Positions 20,019-29,661 of a stretch of DNA of 64,000 nt are shown here, in pieces (the first letter of the stretch is position 1; each line of letters opens with the position of its first letter). The notes beneath the pieces are model-generated. The model did not search any database. It worked only from the letters and a program-made list of their open reading frames with translations, and was not told where the DNA came from. Source of the DNA: Candidatus Thorarchaeota archaeon (lineage in GTDB: Archaea; Asgardarchaeota; Thorarchaeia; Thorarchaeales; Thorarchaeaceae); assembly GCA_046758445.1 (NCBI GenBank), contig JBHIAE010000003.1, positions 32,001 through 96,000 on the forward strand. The letters are read 5' to 3'. The translations under genes and the position numbers were made by a program.

Positions 20019-22340
20019 TCAACTACTGTCTTCACGATGGAACGGATATCGTGTAGTCAACAGACGCCTTATTCTCCCGGCTATCTTGGGTCCCACACCC
20101 TTCACTCTTCGCAGCTCTTTCTCCTCAGCAGAGAAGATTTTCTCCAGAGAACCGAGCTCTGTCAACATTGCCCGTGAAGTCACTGTGTCAATGCCTGGGA
20201 ATCCGGACAGAATGTACTCGAGTGTTTCAGCGTCACCTATCCTGGTTTCCCCTGTTCGTGTCCGCAACGGGCGCTTGGCACCAACCTGCTCGAGATGTGC
20301 TAGGCGATAGAGTACGTTGGCGGTTTCAGTTGCATTCCGTGTCCACAGGATTGGAATCTGAATGCGGATGGCTATCGACGCAAGTGCACCATATAAGGAA
20401 GCAGGACTGACGGCCCTCAAGCCGATGAGTTGTTCTCCCTCGATTATGAGCACAGGACGACGATACGCGGAACGTAGAGAGGTCAGTTGTACAAAGAGTC
20501 GCCCATCAATCAAGGACTGTATGAAATCACCGGTTTCTTTCCTTTCAACAGCCACCTCCTCGGATACGATGTAGTCACCTATTTCGAGGCTCTCTCCGGA
20601 CAGCTCGACATCAAGACGCGTTAGCTCACGCGGGACCGCTGTTGGAAGCTCTCTGGAGTCAACAATCATACGGATCCGATCATCTACCTTGGGTTCTCTC
20701 TTTCTCGGTGGAATGGCCGCGACTTCTGTGTCCACTTCCTCCTCAACAAAATCCTCAAGACTCATCTGCTCTTCCTCTGAGTCTTTCTCAGCCTCCTTGA
20801 GGGCCGATGGCATCTTCTTCAATTTTCTCACCACACTCCAATGATAGAACTCATCATGCGTTCCTCGAGCAACGAATATCACCACACGACCCGGTGTCTT
20901 TCGTCCTGTTCTTCCTCGCCGCTGGATGTAAGGGACAACGGACGGCACGCAGTCATAGAACACCACCAAGTTACACTCAGGGATGTCAAGACCCTCCTCG
21001 CCTACCTGTGTAGCGACTAGTACGTTGAACTCGTTGTTTCGAAACCTTTCCAGTACTTCGACCTGCTTCTTCTGACTGAACCCTTTATCTCGCCCTCTGG
21101 AACTCTGCCCCACAAAACGACTGACCCTTGCGTGTTTCAATTGCTCAAGGGTTTCGACGACTTCTGCCGCTGTGTCACGGAATCTAGTGAAGACAAGAAT
21201 TCGAGAGTCTAGATCCACTGAGAGTTGCTCGTTAACGAGCTCCAGAATGGCATCCGCTTTCGGATGACGGTGTCCCCTCTCTATGAGGGCTTGCAGTAGG
21301 CTCTCAAACTGCTGAAACTCGGCTCTGGATATGAGATCCTTGACGCCCTTGGAGCTCTTCTTGTTGCGGACCTCTTCGTAGATTCCCTGAATGTAGCGGT
21401 GTGTTGGTGTGAGTCCCTGAGTACCGATAAACTCAATCAAGTGCACGATTCGAAGGGCAGCCGTGAGGTTTCGAATGACTAGATAGAGACCTCGTGGTGG
21501 CTTTGTGTAAGTTCCTATCTCCCTTCGGACCTGCTGCTGAACACGAAGTATCTCCTTGCGGCTTAGACGGCGGCTGTCTGGAAGTGAGAAACCATGGTCC
21601 AGAATTGGCCTCTTGTAATCCTCAAGAAGGCCGTAAAGGATGTCTTTCAGAACCTCGACTTCTGAAGGCAAGACGAGATAGTGCATGTCAGTCGCAATCG
21701 AAACCGCATACTCACGAACATCTGGACTCTGCTCGTTGCGCACTTCCACTCTATCCAAGCGGAGGTTCGTGCAAACAGTCTTGATATGGTCTGCCTGATG
21801 CCCAGGTGAGGCGGTCAGCCCCAGGGAAAGGGGACTCTCTCCCTGTTTCTCATAGAGCTCGGCTATGAAGGTGTAGGCGTAGTTCCCCACACCTCGATGG
21901 GCCTCATCATAGACAATAAGTGAGACCTGACTCAGACTGTACCGTCTTTGTACAAGGTCATTTTGCAAAGCCTGAGGAGTCATCACCAGAACCCTAGACT
22001 CGGACCACATGCCAGGTCGGGTATCTGGCGGATCTTGACCAGTCATGCAGACTACTTGGTCTGGATCAATGTCCAATACCCTTCTCAAGAATCGGGCCTG
22101 TTGGTCAACCAGTGGGCGAGATGGCGCCAGGAATAAGATTTTGGACTCCGGCCGTTCTGTAAGAAGTCTGGCCGCCACAAGTGCCGCTATAACTGTCTTC
22201 CCAAGTCCAGTACTCAATACAATCATGGTGCTTTCCTTTGAAGCCACCTCAGAAAGACTGACCTGATACTTTCTGTAGTCAATGCTCTCCTTTCGCACTC
22301 CTGGCGCATCGACATAGGCAGTCTTCAAATCAAATCCCAC
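20019..22340 (-). CDS. hef: Hef helicase/nuclease (FANCM/XPF-like)
   Basis: TGLGKT, DEAH, TAS, QRRGRTGR; ERCC4 domain DSRE/GDY/ERK; HhH; PIP-like QMSLEDF in linker. Confidence 0.95.
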   Translation of the reverse strand: MGFDLKTAYVDAPGVRKESIDYRKYQVSLSEVASKESTMIVLSTGLGKTVIAALVAARLLTERPESKILFLAPSRPLVDQQARFLRRVLDIDPDQVVCMTGQDPPDTRPGMWSESRVLVMTPQALQNDLVQRRYSLSQVSLIVYDEAHRGVGNYAYTFIAELYEKQGESPLSLGLTASPGHQADHIKTVCTNLRLDRVEVRNEQSPDVREYAVSIATDMHYLVLPSEVEVLKDILYGLLEDYKRPILDHGFSLPDSRRLSRKEILRVQQQVRREIGTYTKPPRGLYLVIRNLTAALRIVHLIEFIGTQGLTPTHRYIQGIYEEVRNKKSSKGVKDLISRAEFQQFESLLQALIERGHRHPKADAILELVNEQLSVDLDSRILVFTRFRDTAAEVVETLEQLKHARVSRFVGQSSRGRDKGFSQKKQVEVLERFRNNEFNVLVATQVGEEGLDIPECNLVVFYDCVPSVVPYIQRRGRTGRKTPGRVVIFVARGTHDEFYHWSVVRKLKKMPSALKEAEKDSEEEQMSLEDFVEEEVDTEVAAIPPRKREPKVDDRIRMIVDSRELPTAVPRELTRLDVELSGESLEIGDYIVSEEVAVERKETGDFIQSLIDGRLFVQLTSLRSAYRRPVLIIEGEQLIGLRAVSPASLYGALASIAIRIQIPILWTRNATETANVLYRLAHLEQVGAKRPLRTRTGETRIGDAETLEYILSGFPGIDTVTSRAMLTELGSLEKIFSAEEKELRRVKGVGPKIAGRIRRLLTTRYPFHREDSS

Positions 22341-22423
22341 ACCATGGCTACTTTGTCTGTCTTCTGATAATACTCACTGTAAAAAGGCTCCTACCACTTG
22401 AACATGATTAGGAGTTAGACGCG

Positions 22424-22759
22424 ATGACAGCCGGCGAGGCATTGCCAAGCATAGAAGCTGAGCTCTATGAACTCAGCATGCCCGGTAGACTGCTGGGCAA
22501 GGAAGTCCTTGACAGTAGAGCACGAAGAATCGGCATTGTGAGGAGCATACGAATTGCTCTGCATCCCACCCGTTCAGAACTGATAGTGAAGGGGGCGGAG
22601 GTCGAGTTCCCTGTAGACTTCGCCAAAGTTGAAACGGTGGGGACGGTGGTTCAACTCAACTCGACCGTCAAGGAAGCAGAAGAGATTGAGGTTCATGACG
22701 TCATCCGTCTGCAGAAAGAAGTCCTCGATGACATAAAGTCCTACCTTGGAGCAGGCTAA
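22424..22759 (+). CDS. PRC-barrel domain protein
   Basis: LLGKEVLDSRARRIGIVRSIRI...VETVGTVVQL. Confidence 0.7.
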   Translation: MTAGEALPSIEAELYELSMPGRLLGKEVLDSRARRIGIVRSIRIALHPTRSELIVKGAEVEFPVDFAKVETVGTVVQLNSTVKEAEEIEVHDVIRLQKEVLDDIKSYLGAG

Positions 22760-22834
22760 ATCCGGATTTTCAGAGGACTGGTCCCATAGAAGAGTTAATA
22801 GCGGTCAGGAAGGCATTCCGTTTTTGGTGTCAAA

Positions 22835-23659
22835 TTGATGGACCTGTCAGTCGAAGACTTGGCAAGTATGATTGACCATACGCGTCTCAAGCCAGAAACC
22901 AAAAGGAGCAAGATCCAGCAACTCTCCGAAGAGGCAATCACTTTCGGATTCGCATCTGTCTGTATTAATCCAGTTCACGTCGCATATGCCTATGAATTGT
23001 TGAAGGACACTCAAATCAAGGTGTGTTGTGTGATTGGCTTTCCTCTAGGTGCCAATCTATCAGAGGTGAAGGCTGTAGAAACAAGAGAGGCTGTTCGGTC
23101 GGGTGCTCATGAGGTAGACATGGTAGTCAACGTCGGCGCCCTTCGCGACGAGAACTATGAGCTCGTCAAGAGCGACATTGAGGCAGTAGTTGCCGCATCA
23201 GGAGATGCTCATGTTAAGGTAATTCTGGAAACAGGTCTTCTGACTGATGATCAGAAGCGTAAGGGATGTCTTCTCTCAAAGGAAGCCGGGGCAGACTTCG
23301 TAAAGACCTCTACTGGATTTGGTCCGATGGGCGCTACACCATACGACGTTCGTCTGATGCGGGAAACCGTTGGCGAAGATATGGGCGTCAAAGCCGCCGG
23401 TGGGATTCGAACCTTCAAGGATGCAATCAAGATGATCGAGGCCGGGGCCGATCGACTAGGCACAAGCGCAGGTATTGCAATTGTTGAAGACTACCGATGG
23501 GCCCAGTATAGCGACTCTTGGATGCAACCGGATAGACCCTGCTGGGACTGTCCAAGTCGTCAGGCAAATCTCGCTAAGCAGCCCAAGGAAGTGTATGTCT
23601 GGTACAAACAGCGGTGCTTGATCTGTCCTGACCGAGATGAGAATGTGTTTAATGACTAG
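22835..23659 (+). CDS. deoC: deoxyribose-phosphate aldolase with Cys-rich C-terminal extension
   Basis: IDHTRLKP, GFPLG, KVILET, FVKTSTGF, KAAGGIR, RLGTS. Confidence 0.96.
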   Translation: MMDLSVEDLASMIDHTRLKPETKRSKIQQLSEEAITFGFASVCINPVHVAYAYELLKDTQIKVCCVIGFPLGANLSEVKAVETREAVRSGAHEVDMVVNVGALRDENYELVKSDIEAVVAASGDAHVKVILETGLLTDDQKRKGCLLSKEAGADFVKTSTGFGPMGATPYDVRLMRETVGEDMGVKAAGGIRTFKDAIKMIEAGADRLGTSAGIAIVEDYRWAQYSDSWMQPDRPCWDCPSRQANLAKQPKEVYVWYKQRCLICPDRDENVFND

Positions 23660-23671
23660 GAGGGGAGATGA

Positions 23672-25462
23672 TTGACAGAGTCACCGCAACCATATTCTGA
23701 TGCAGAGATTCTCAGTGTTTCATTGACAAAGGGGAAGATAAACAGAGAGTCCATCTCATCTGACCTTTATTTCGAGTACCTGGGAGGCCGTGGACTGGGT
23801 GTAAAACTTCTATATGACAATCTTGCCCCGAAGACTGACCCGCTTTCGCCAGCAAATTGGCTGATCTTCGCTGTAGGTCCTCTCACCGCCACTACTGTAC
23901 CCACCGCCGGTAGATTCGTAGTTGTCACGAAGTCACCTCTCACGGGCACCATATTTGATTCACATGCTGGAGGTTACCTTGGTGCTCAATTGCGCCGAGC
24001 AGGCTTTGCTGCAGTAGTCTTCCACGGTGCCTCATCGTCACCTGTGTATCTCTGGATCGATAACGATGAGATGGAGCTCAGGGATGCTTCGAAAGTTTGG
24101 GGCAGGAATGTCGAGGAGACCACAGATCAGCTCTTGAAGGAGACCGACTCAAAGGCTCAGGTAGCTTGCATTGGACCCGCGGGAGAGAACCGTATCAACC
24201 TCGCCGCCATTATGACAGACAAACACAGAGCGGCGGGACGTGGGGGTGTCGGCGCCGTGATGGGGTCGAAGAACCTTAAGGCGGTCGTTGTAAGAGGCAC
24301 AAGGCAAGTTGGTGTCAATGAACCCGACCGACTGAAAGAGGCTGTCAAGAGGGCTCGTCGACTGATTAAGAAGAACTCTGTTACTGACAAGTCGCTCCCC
24401 ATATATGGAACAGCAGTGCTAGTGAATGTCGCCAATGAGTTTGGTATGTTGCCGACCTACAACTTCCAAGAGGGGACATTCAATGACGCGGTAGGAGTGT
24501 CAGGAGAGAAGCTACTTGAGAGGCTCTCTGTTCGAACCTACAATTGCTTTGGTTGTCCCATAGGTTGTGGACGAATCAGTCGGGCAGAGGGCAGAGAAGT
24601 CGGAGGTCCTGAATACGAAACAATATGGGCGTTTGGTCCGCAGTGCGGCATAAACGACCTAGAATGGATTGCGGCAGTGAATCACCACTGTAACCTCTTG
24701 GGGATTGATACAATCTCAGCGGGGAGCACAATAGGCTGTGCCATGGAACTGGTGCAGAAGGGCAATCTTGATGCACCGCTCCATTTCGGAAACACGGAGG
24801 GCATCATTGAACTGATTCAAGACATGGCTCACGCTCGCGGGCTTGGCGGAGAGCTTGGAGAGGGTAGTCGAGCGTTCGCATCCAGGTATGGTGCTCCGGA
24901 GCTCGCAATGCATGTGAAGGGACTTGAGATTCCAGCCTATGATCCTCGCGGTGCACAAGGACATGCTCTTGGCTATGGCACCTCCAATAGAGGAGGCTGC
25001 CACCTACGGTCCTACCTAATTGGCCCGGAGATACTGGGCAGTCCTGTGCGGGTTGACCGCGATAGACCTGAAGGTAAGGCTGACCTTGTGATTCTATACC
25101 AGAACCTCTCTGCGGCCATGGACTCAATGGTCCTGTGCCGATTCACCAACTTCGCATGGACTGTCGATGACTATGCCGAGATGTTGGCTGCTGCCACAGG
25201 TCTCTCAACAAGCGGGCGGGACATCCTGAAGATAGGGGAGCGCATCTGGAACATTGAACGTCTCTTCAACAATCGTGAGGGTCTGACAGCTAAGGATGAC
25301 CAACTGCCACCGAGGTTCCTCTCGCCTCTTCCTGAAGGCAATTCGCGGAACCGTGTTGTCCACATGAATGAGATGCTCACGGAATACTACAGACTCAGAA
25401 ACTGGGACCAAGACGGCCGTCCTACCAAGAAACGTCTCAAGAGTCTCAATCTTGTCAGTTGA
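23672..25462 (+). CDS. aor: tungsten-containing aldehyde:ferredoxin oxidoreductase
   Basis: LGGRGLG, KSPLTG, GRGGVGAVMGSKNLKAV, CFGCPIGC, PEYET, YDPRG, RGGCH. Confidence 0.93.
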   Translation: MTESPQPYSDAEILSVSLTKGKINRESISSDLYFEYLGGRGLGVKLLYDNLAPKTDPLSPANWLIFAVGPLTATTVPTAGRFVVVTKSPLTGTIFDSHAGGYLGAQLRRAGFAAVVFHGASSSPVYLWIDNDEMELRDASKVWGRNVEETTDQLLKETDSKAQVACIGPAGENRINLAAIMTDKHRAAGRGGVGAVMGSKNLKAVVVRGTRQVGVNEPDRLKEAVKRARRLIKKNSVTDKSLPIYGTAVLVNVANEFGMLPTYNFQEGTFNDAVGVSGEKLLERLSVRTYNCFGCPIGCGRISRAEGREVGGPEYETIWAFGPQCGINDLEWIAAVNHHCNLLGIDTISAGSTIGCAMELVQKGNLDAPLHFGNTEGIIELIQDMAHARGLGGELGEGSRAFASRYGAPELAMHVKGLEIPAYDPRGAQGHALGYGTSNRGGCHLRSYLIGPEILGSPVRVDRDRPEGKADLVILYQNLSAAMDSMVLCRFTNFAWTVDDYAEMLAAATGLSTSGRDILKIGERIWNIERLFNNREGLTAKDDQLPPRFLSPLPEGNSRNRVVHMNEMLTEYYRLRNWDQDGRPTKKRLKSLNLVS

Positions 25463-27447
25463 CTAATGGTTTAGCAAAATGGAGTTGTGTTCTACTGGCT
25501 CGAAACACAGGTCGGCGTAAGAAGTTCAGAAGGTCTCACGCGCCCTATCTTGCGGAAATCAGGCTCTTTTGGTGTGATTCCTGTAACGTACCGACGCCTG
25601 CAAAAACAGAATGTAGCACATGTGGCAGCATTCCTAGGAGAGTCGGAATCTCTCCTCCCGGCGACCCATACCCGGCCATGGAGGGCCATCTCAACTATGC
25701 AATCAAGACAATTGACACGCAATTCGGCGAAGGGGTGGGCAAGGATCTTCTACCTGCTGGCAAGACCATAGTAATGAACAAGATTCCCTCGCTAGATGCG
25801 ATGTTCGAAATCGTGATTGATGGCTACATTATTGGCAGACTGCGATATGAAGTCCCTAAGCATGATTACACTTTCTTACTGACACTTGAGGGTGGGAGAA
25901 GGATTGGACAGTCGAGCAGACAGAAATGGGTTAGTTGTTACGATGACGTTCTGCAGTATCTAAAGAAGGGTGCGAACCTGATGGTTCCGGGTATTGCTGG
26001 ATGCGACTCCGACATTGAGGTAGGTGACGAGGTATGGGTTACTGACAGTAATGGCAGCGTGATAGGTGTTGGGACAGCTCGGATGAGCGGAGAGCAGATT
26101 GCAGCAGAACCCAAGGGCTATGCAATCAAGATCAGAGAGGTGGACAATCCCCGGCCACCCGCCATAAACCCGAAGAATGCGACTTGGGATGAAGCAGTAA
26201 ATGCCAACGCAAGGGAGATTGACCGCATTGAGGAAGAAGCAGTCACTTTCATCAGGCGCACCATTGAGAAGAGAAGTCTACCTGTGGTAGTGGGCTTCAG
26301 TGGTGGGAAGGATTCTCTTGCTACATACTTACTAGTAGAGAAGGCTCTTGGTCGGAGCCCCCCTTTGTTCTTCATGGACACTGGCTTGGAGCTACCTGAA
26401 ACAGTTCAATATGTGAGTGAGTTTGCTGAGCGGCACGAAACGATTGTAGTTGGACAGAAGGCAGGGCACAAATTCTGGGAGTCTATCGGTTCTTTTGGTC
26501 CTCCTGCCAGAGACTTTCGTTGGTGCTGCAAGATACTGAAACTGGGACCTGCTGCACTATCCATAAGCGAGGAATTGGATGGCAGCACACTCACCTTCAT
26601 GGGTCAAAGAAAGCTGGAGTCATTCCAGCGTTCTGTAGAACGTCGAGTATCACACAATCCATGGGTGCCTGGGCAGACCTCTGCCAACCCAATCCAGAAC
26701 TGGAACGCTCTCGAGGTCTGGCTGTACATCTTCAGAGAGAAGGAGCCCTTCAACATAATGTACAACAAGGGCTATCACAGGATGGGGTGCTATCTGTGTC
26801 CTTCATCCCCGCTCGCAGAGATTGAAAGCCTTGGTGAAACTCACCCCGAACTTCACACAAGATGGCGAGAAGAGCTGAACAGGTGGGCCCAGAAACTTGG
26901 CCTTCCTGAAGAGTGGGTTGACATGGGTTTCTGGAGATGGAAGCGGCTGCCTCCAGGGCAGCTTGGTATGATTGACAGCCTCGGCCTAGAGATAGAAGCA
27001 GATAGTCCCGGGCGTAAAGAAGGCCTAGATCTGACTGCTGTAAAGGGGGTTTCTCCCTGTGTGGAGTCGGGCTTTAGCTTCGAGGGGCAATTCTCAGCAG
27101 GCATTGATCTCGACAGAGTGTCAAAGCTGGCGCCCATCTTTGGGAAGACCAAGGTATCTCAGGAGCTGGGTGCTCTGAGGACAAAGTCTGGAGAGAACAC
27201 GATTTCACTGTTTAGTTCAGGTTCTTTGGTTATTCGCGGAAATTCAAATTTGGAGGTTGATCAGTTGGCGAGGCAGGCAGAGCGCGCGGTGAAACGTTCT
27301 TTGTTCTGTCAGGCATGTGGAACCTGTGTGCCCCAGTGCGAACAGGATGCTCTGAACCTGAATGAAGGCATGATAGCTGTTGATGAAGCGAAGTGCACCA
27401 ACTGTCTCAAGTGCGATCAGTGGCCTTGTCCCATATACTTGGACTGA
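25459..27447 (+). CDS. PAPS-reductase family protein with Zn-finger, PUA and 4Fe-4S domains
   Basis: WCDSCNVP, PUA (GANLMVPGI), FSGGKDS, RWCCKILKLGP, RMGCYLCP, CQACGTC..C / CTNCLKC..C; true start probably downstream. Confidence 0.88.
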   Translation: MTNGLAKWSCVLLARNTGRRKKFRRSHAPYLAEIRLFWCDSCNVPTPAKTECSTCGSIPRRVGISPPGDPYPAMEGHLNYAIKTIDTQFGEGVGKDLLPAGKTIVMNKIPSLDAMFEIVIDGYIIGRLRYEVPKHDYTFLLTLEGGRRIGQSSRQKWVSCYDDVLQYLKKGANLMVPGIAGCDSDIEVGDEVWVTDSNGSVIGVGTARMSGEQIAAEPKGYAIKIREVDNPRPPAINPKNATWDEAVNANAREIDRIEEEAVTFIRRTIEKRSLPVVVGFSGGKDSLATYLLVEKALGRSPPLFFMDTGLELPETVQYVSEFAERHETIVVGQKAGHKFWESIGSFGPPARDFRWCCKILKLGPAALSISEELDGSTLTFMGQRKLESFQRSVERRVSHNPWVPGQTSANPIQNWNALEVWLYIFREKEPFNIMYNKGYHRMGCYLCPSSPLAEIESLGETHPELHTRWREELNRWAQKLGLPEEWVDMGFWRWKRLPPGQLGMIDSLGLEIEADSPGRKEGLDLTAVKGVSPCVESGFSFEGQFSAGIDLDRVSKLAPIFGKTKVSQELGALRTKSGENTISLFSSGSLVIRGNSNLEVDQLARQAERAVKRSLFCQACGTCVPQCEQDALNLNEGMIAVDEAKCTNCLKCDQWPCPIYLD

Positions 27448-27537
27448 CGTATTGCGAGTCGTTATATAGTGAGTACAGTTTCTTTGACAAAAGCTTAATT
27501 ACAGAGCCCCAACGGGGGCCTCCGTGACTCCAAACTA

Positions 27538-28896
27538 GTGACAGCCAAGGCGGCCAAGAAGATGCTCAGCGCGATCTCAATCACGATATGGCGATTCCGC
27601 AGGTACCTCGTGCTGAGTCTGGTTATCTCCATGATAGCAATTCCATTTGCCAACTTCCTGGTAATTGAACGCGACCGTAATCGGAATGAGATGTACGGGG
27701 AGGCCTTCTGGAGATTCGGCTTCAACGTCTATGACATGACTGATGACGAAGTCGCTGAAGCTCTGGGATACCATCCTGAGAATTACACGCTGCCAGAATA
27801 TCTAGGTAATGTTACGTACGAGTATCCAGTGTTCGGCCTGATCTTCTTTGCTATAGCTGCTTGGTTATTCCCAGGACAGGGAGGTTTACAGCCGCTATGG
27901 TTGAACTTCATTCTGACGCTGGTATTTAACCTGAATCTCGTCTTGGTAGCTATTCTGCTAGGAGAGCGCATATTCAACAAGAATTGGGCACGGATGTTGT
28001 TCGGCGGTTACTTCGTCTACGGCCTGATAATGTCCGCGGGAGGCGGCAAGCTCGAGCCCATTGTAGATTGCCTGCTTCTTCTGGCACTAGTGCTGAACAA
28101 GGAGAAACAACATGGAAAGGCGATGTTTGCCTTAGGTCTATCAGTGCAGACTAAGATATACTCGGTCGTTGCTCTTCCAATCCTATTCATCACAGCTCCT
28201 CTTTCGATTATCTGGTTCCTTGCTTCAACATTTATAACCGTAATTCCGTTTCTCTTCCTAGGAGCAGACTTCAGCACTCTGTTGTCGCATTTCCTGAATA
28301 CAACAGAGTACAGCTCCTACATCGTCAACCCGATGTTTCCTGGACTTTTCCTAGCAACACCAGATATCAACAGCGATCCTGTCACTTTCTATATGTGGCC
28401 TCCAGCTCTGATTCCAGTCGTCATATACGTGACATTCATGCTATTCACGTTTCGGCCTTACCTGCCTCTCAGAGCTGATTTAATGGAGGCATCATGGCAC
28501 ACGAAGCTGAAGTTACTGTTCCCTCTCTACATCTATATGCTTCCTGCGATTCTCTTCGTGTTCAGGTGGGTCATGCCCTGGTATCTCTTCTGGCTGGGTC
28601 CTATGATATTCCTATTCAAGGAAGACGAACATGCCATTGGCTATCTAAAACAGCTCACAGTTGTGGGCTTCGTCTATGCTTTTGGGATACTCTGTAACTG
28701 GCCTTACTTCATCTCTGGACCCCTGCCTGACTTCTTGATACACTTTCCACTCGGATGGTACACCCTTCTGGGTCTATTCCTATTGGTATTGTCAGCTGCA
28801 GTATCATTTGGTATATGGCGATGGACTTTCAAACGCAGAGAGAGAAGAGCTCAGAAGATTCGAGAGGCCATCGCACGCGGCGAGCTAGTGATGTAG
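27538..28896 (+). CDS. polytopic GT-C fold glycosyltransferase (GT87/PIG-M-like)
   Basis: YEYP in first external loop, SVQTKIY, PWYLFW, about 11 hydrophobic segments. Confidence 0.6.
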   Translation: MTAKAAKKMLSAISITIWRFRRYLVLSLVISMIAIPFANFLVIERDRNRNEMYGEAFWRFGFNVYDMTDDEVAEALGYHPENYTLPEYLGNVTYEYPVFGLIFFAIAAWLFPGQGGLQPLWLNFILTLVFNLNLVLVAILLGERIFNKNWARMLFGGYFVYGLIMSAGGGKLEPIVDCLLLLALVLNKEKQHGKAMFALGLSVQTKIYSVVALPILFITAPLSIIWFLASTFITVIPFLFLGADFSTLLSHFLNTTEYSSYIVNPMFPGLFLATPDINSDPVTFYMWPPALIPVVIYVTFMLFTFRPYLPLRADLMEASWHTKLKLLFPLYIYMLPAILFVFRWVMPWYLFWLGPMIFLFKEDEHAIGYLKQLTVVGFVYAFGILCNWPYFISGPLPDFLIHFPLGWYTLLGLFLLVLSAAVSFGIWRWTFKRRERRAQKIREAIARGELVM

Positions 28897-28897
28897 T

Positions 28898-29401
28898 TTA
28901 GATGCGGGCTGTTCCATTCTCACGATAGTAGTCGATTATCCGTCGTCTAATGAGCGTAGAGGAACAGAGTCCATCTGCATCTCGTTTCTCAAGTCTGACT
29001 ATCTTAGTACTCATCCCAACATCTGTGAAAAGCCTCTCCAAGGCATCCATGTCAGTCTGTTGATCATACCCGAGCGCAATGATGTCGGGGTCAATGTCCA
29101 CTACGATAGAGGTGTGGTCGGTGGTATCGTACCCTAGGACCGCTCTGTCCACCATCTTCAAAGATTCAACAATTCGTCGTCTTTGTTCTGCTGGGAATAC
29201 TGGGGGCGCGCCTCTTTCCTTCTCGACAGTCTTGTCGAGCGCGACCACGACGACAAGTTCCCCTCCATCACCAACCAGCTCTCTGGCTTGTTCGAGGTAT
29301 GCGATGTGTCCAAGATGAAGGATGTCAAACTTCCCAGCAGCCAGCACGCGCTTACCTGCCATGAATAACCCCTCAGTCAAACTAGTCCTCGTCGACGGCA
29401 A
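28898..29401 (-). CDS. ribL: FAD synthase (archaeal RibL)
   Basis: GKFDILHLGH, PDIIALGYDQ, CSST.I. Confidence 0.88.
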   Translation of the reverse strand: MPSTRTSLTEGLFMAGKRVLAAGKFDILHLGHIAYLEQARELVGDGGELVVVVALDKTVEKERGAPPVFPAEQRRRIVESLKMVDRAVLGYDTTDHTSIVVDIDPDIIALGYDQQTDMDALERLFTDVGMSTKIVRLEKRDADGLCSSTLIRRRIIDYYRENGTARI

Positions 29402-29651
29402 GGAACTCGGTGCCTTCCTTTATGACCTCAATCCGACGCTTAGTCTTAGTAATCTGGCTGACATGGACCAGACCGTTGATTTCAAGCTGCATCAACGCCT
29501 GGTTGAGTTCTGCGTCGCTCGGCTCGTCGCCCAACTCCTTCTTCAGCGCTCTTGTCAGCTCATCGTCGAGAATGACCCCTCGCCGTTTCTTGAGTATTTG
29601 AACGATTACATTTCTGAGTGGTAGCACACTCCACGATGTCATCAATACCAC
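29382..29651 (-). CDS. small winged-helix protein
   Basis: DAELNQALMQLEINGLVHV; tightly packed between cdc48 and ribL. Confidence 0.7.
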   Translation of the reverse strand: MVLMTSWSVLPLRNVIVQILKKRRGVILDDELTRALKKELGDEPSDAELNQALMQLEINGLVHVSQITKTKRRIEVIKEGTEFLAVDED

Positions 29652-29661
29652 ATCCTGACGT

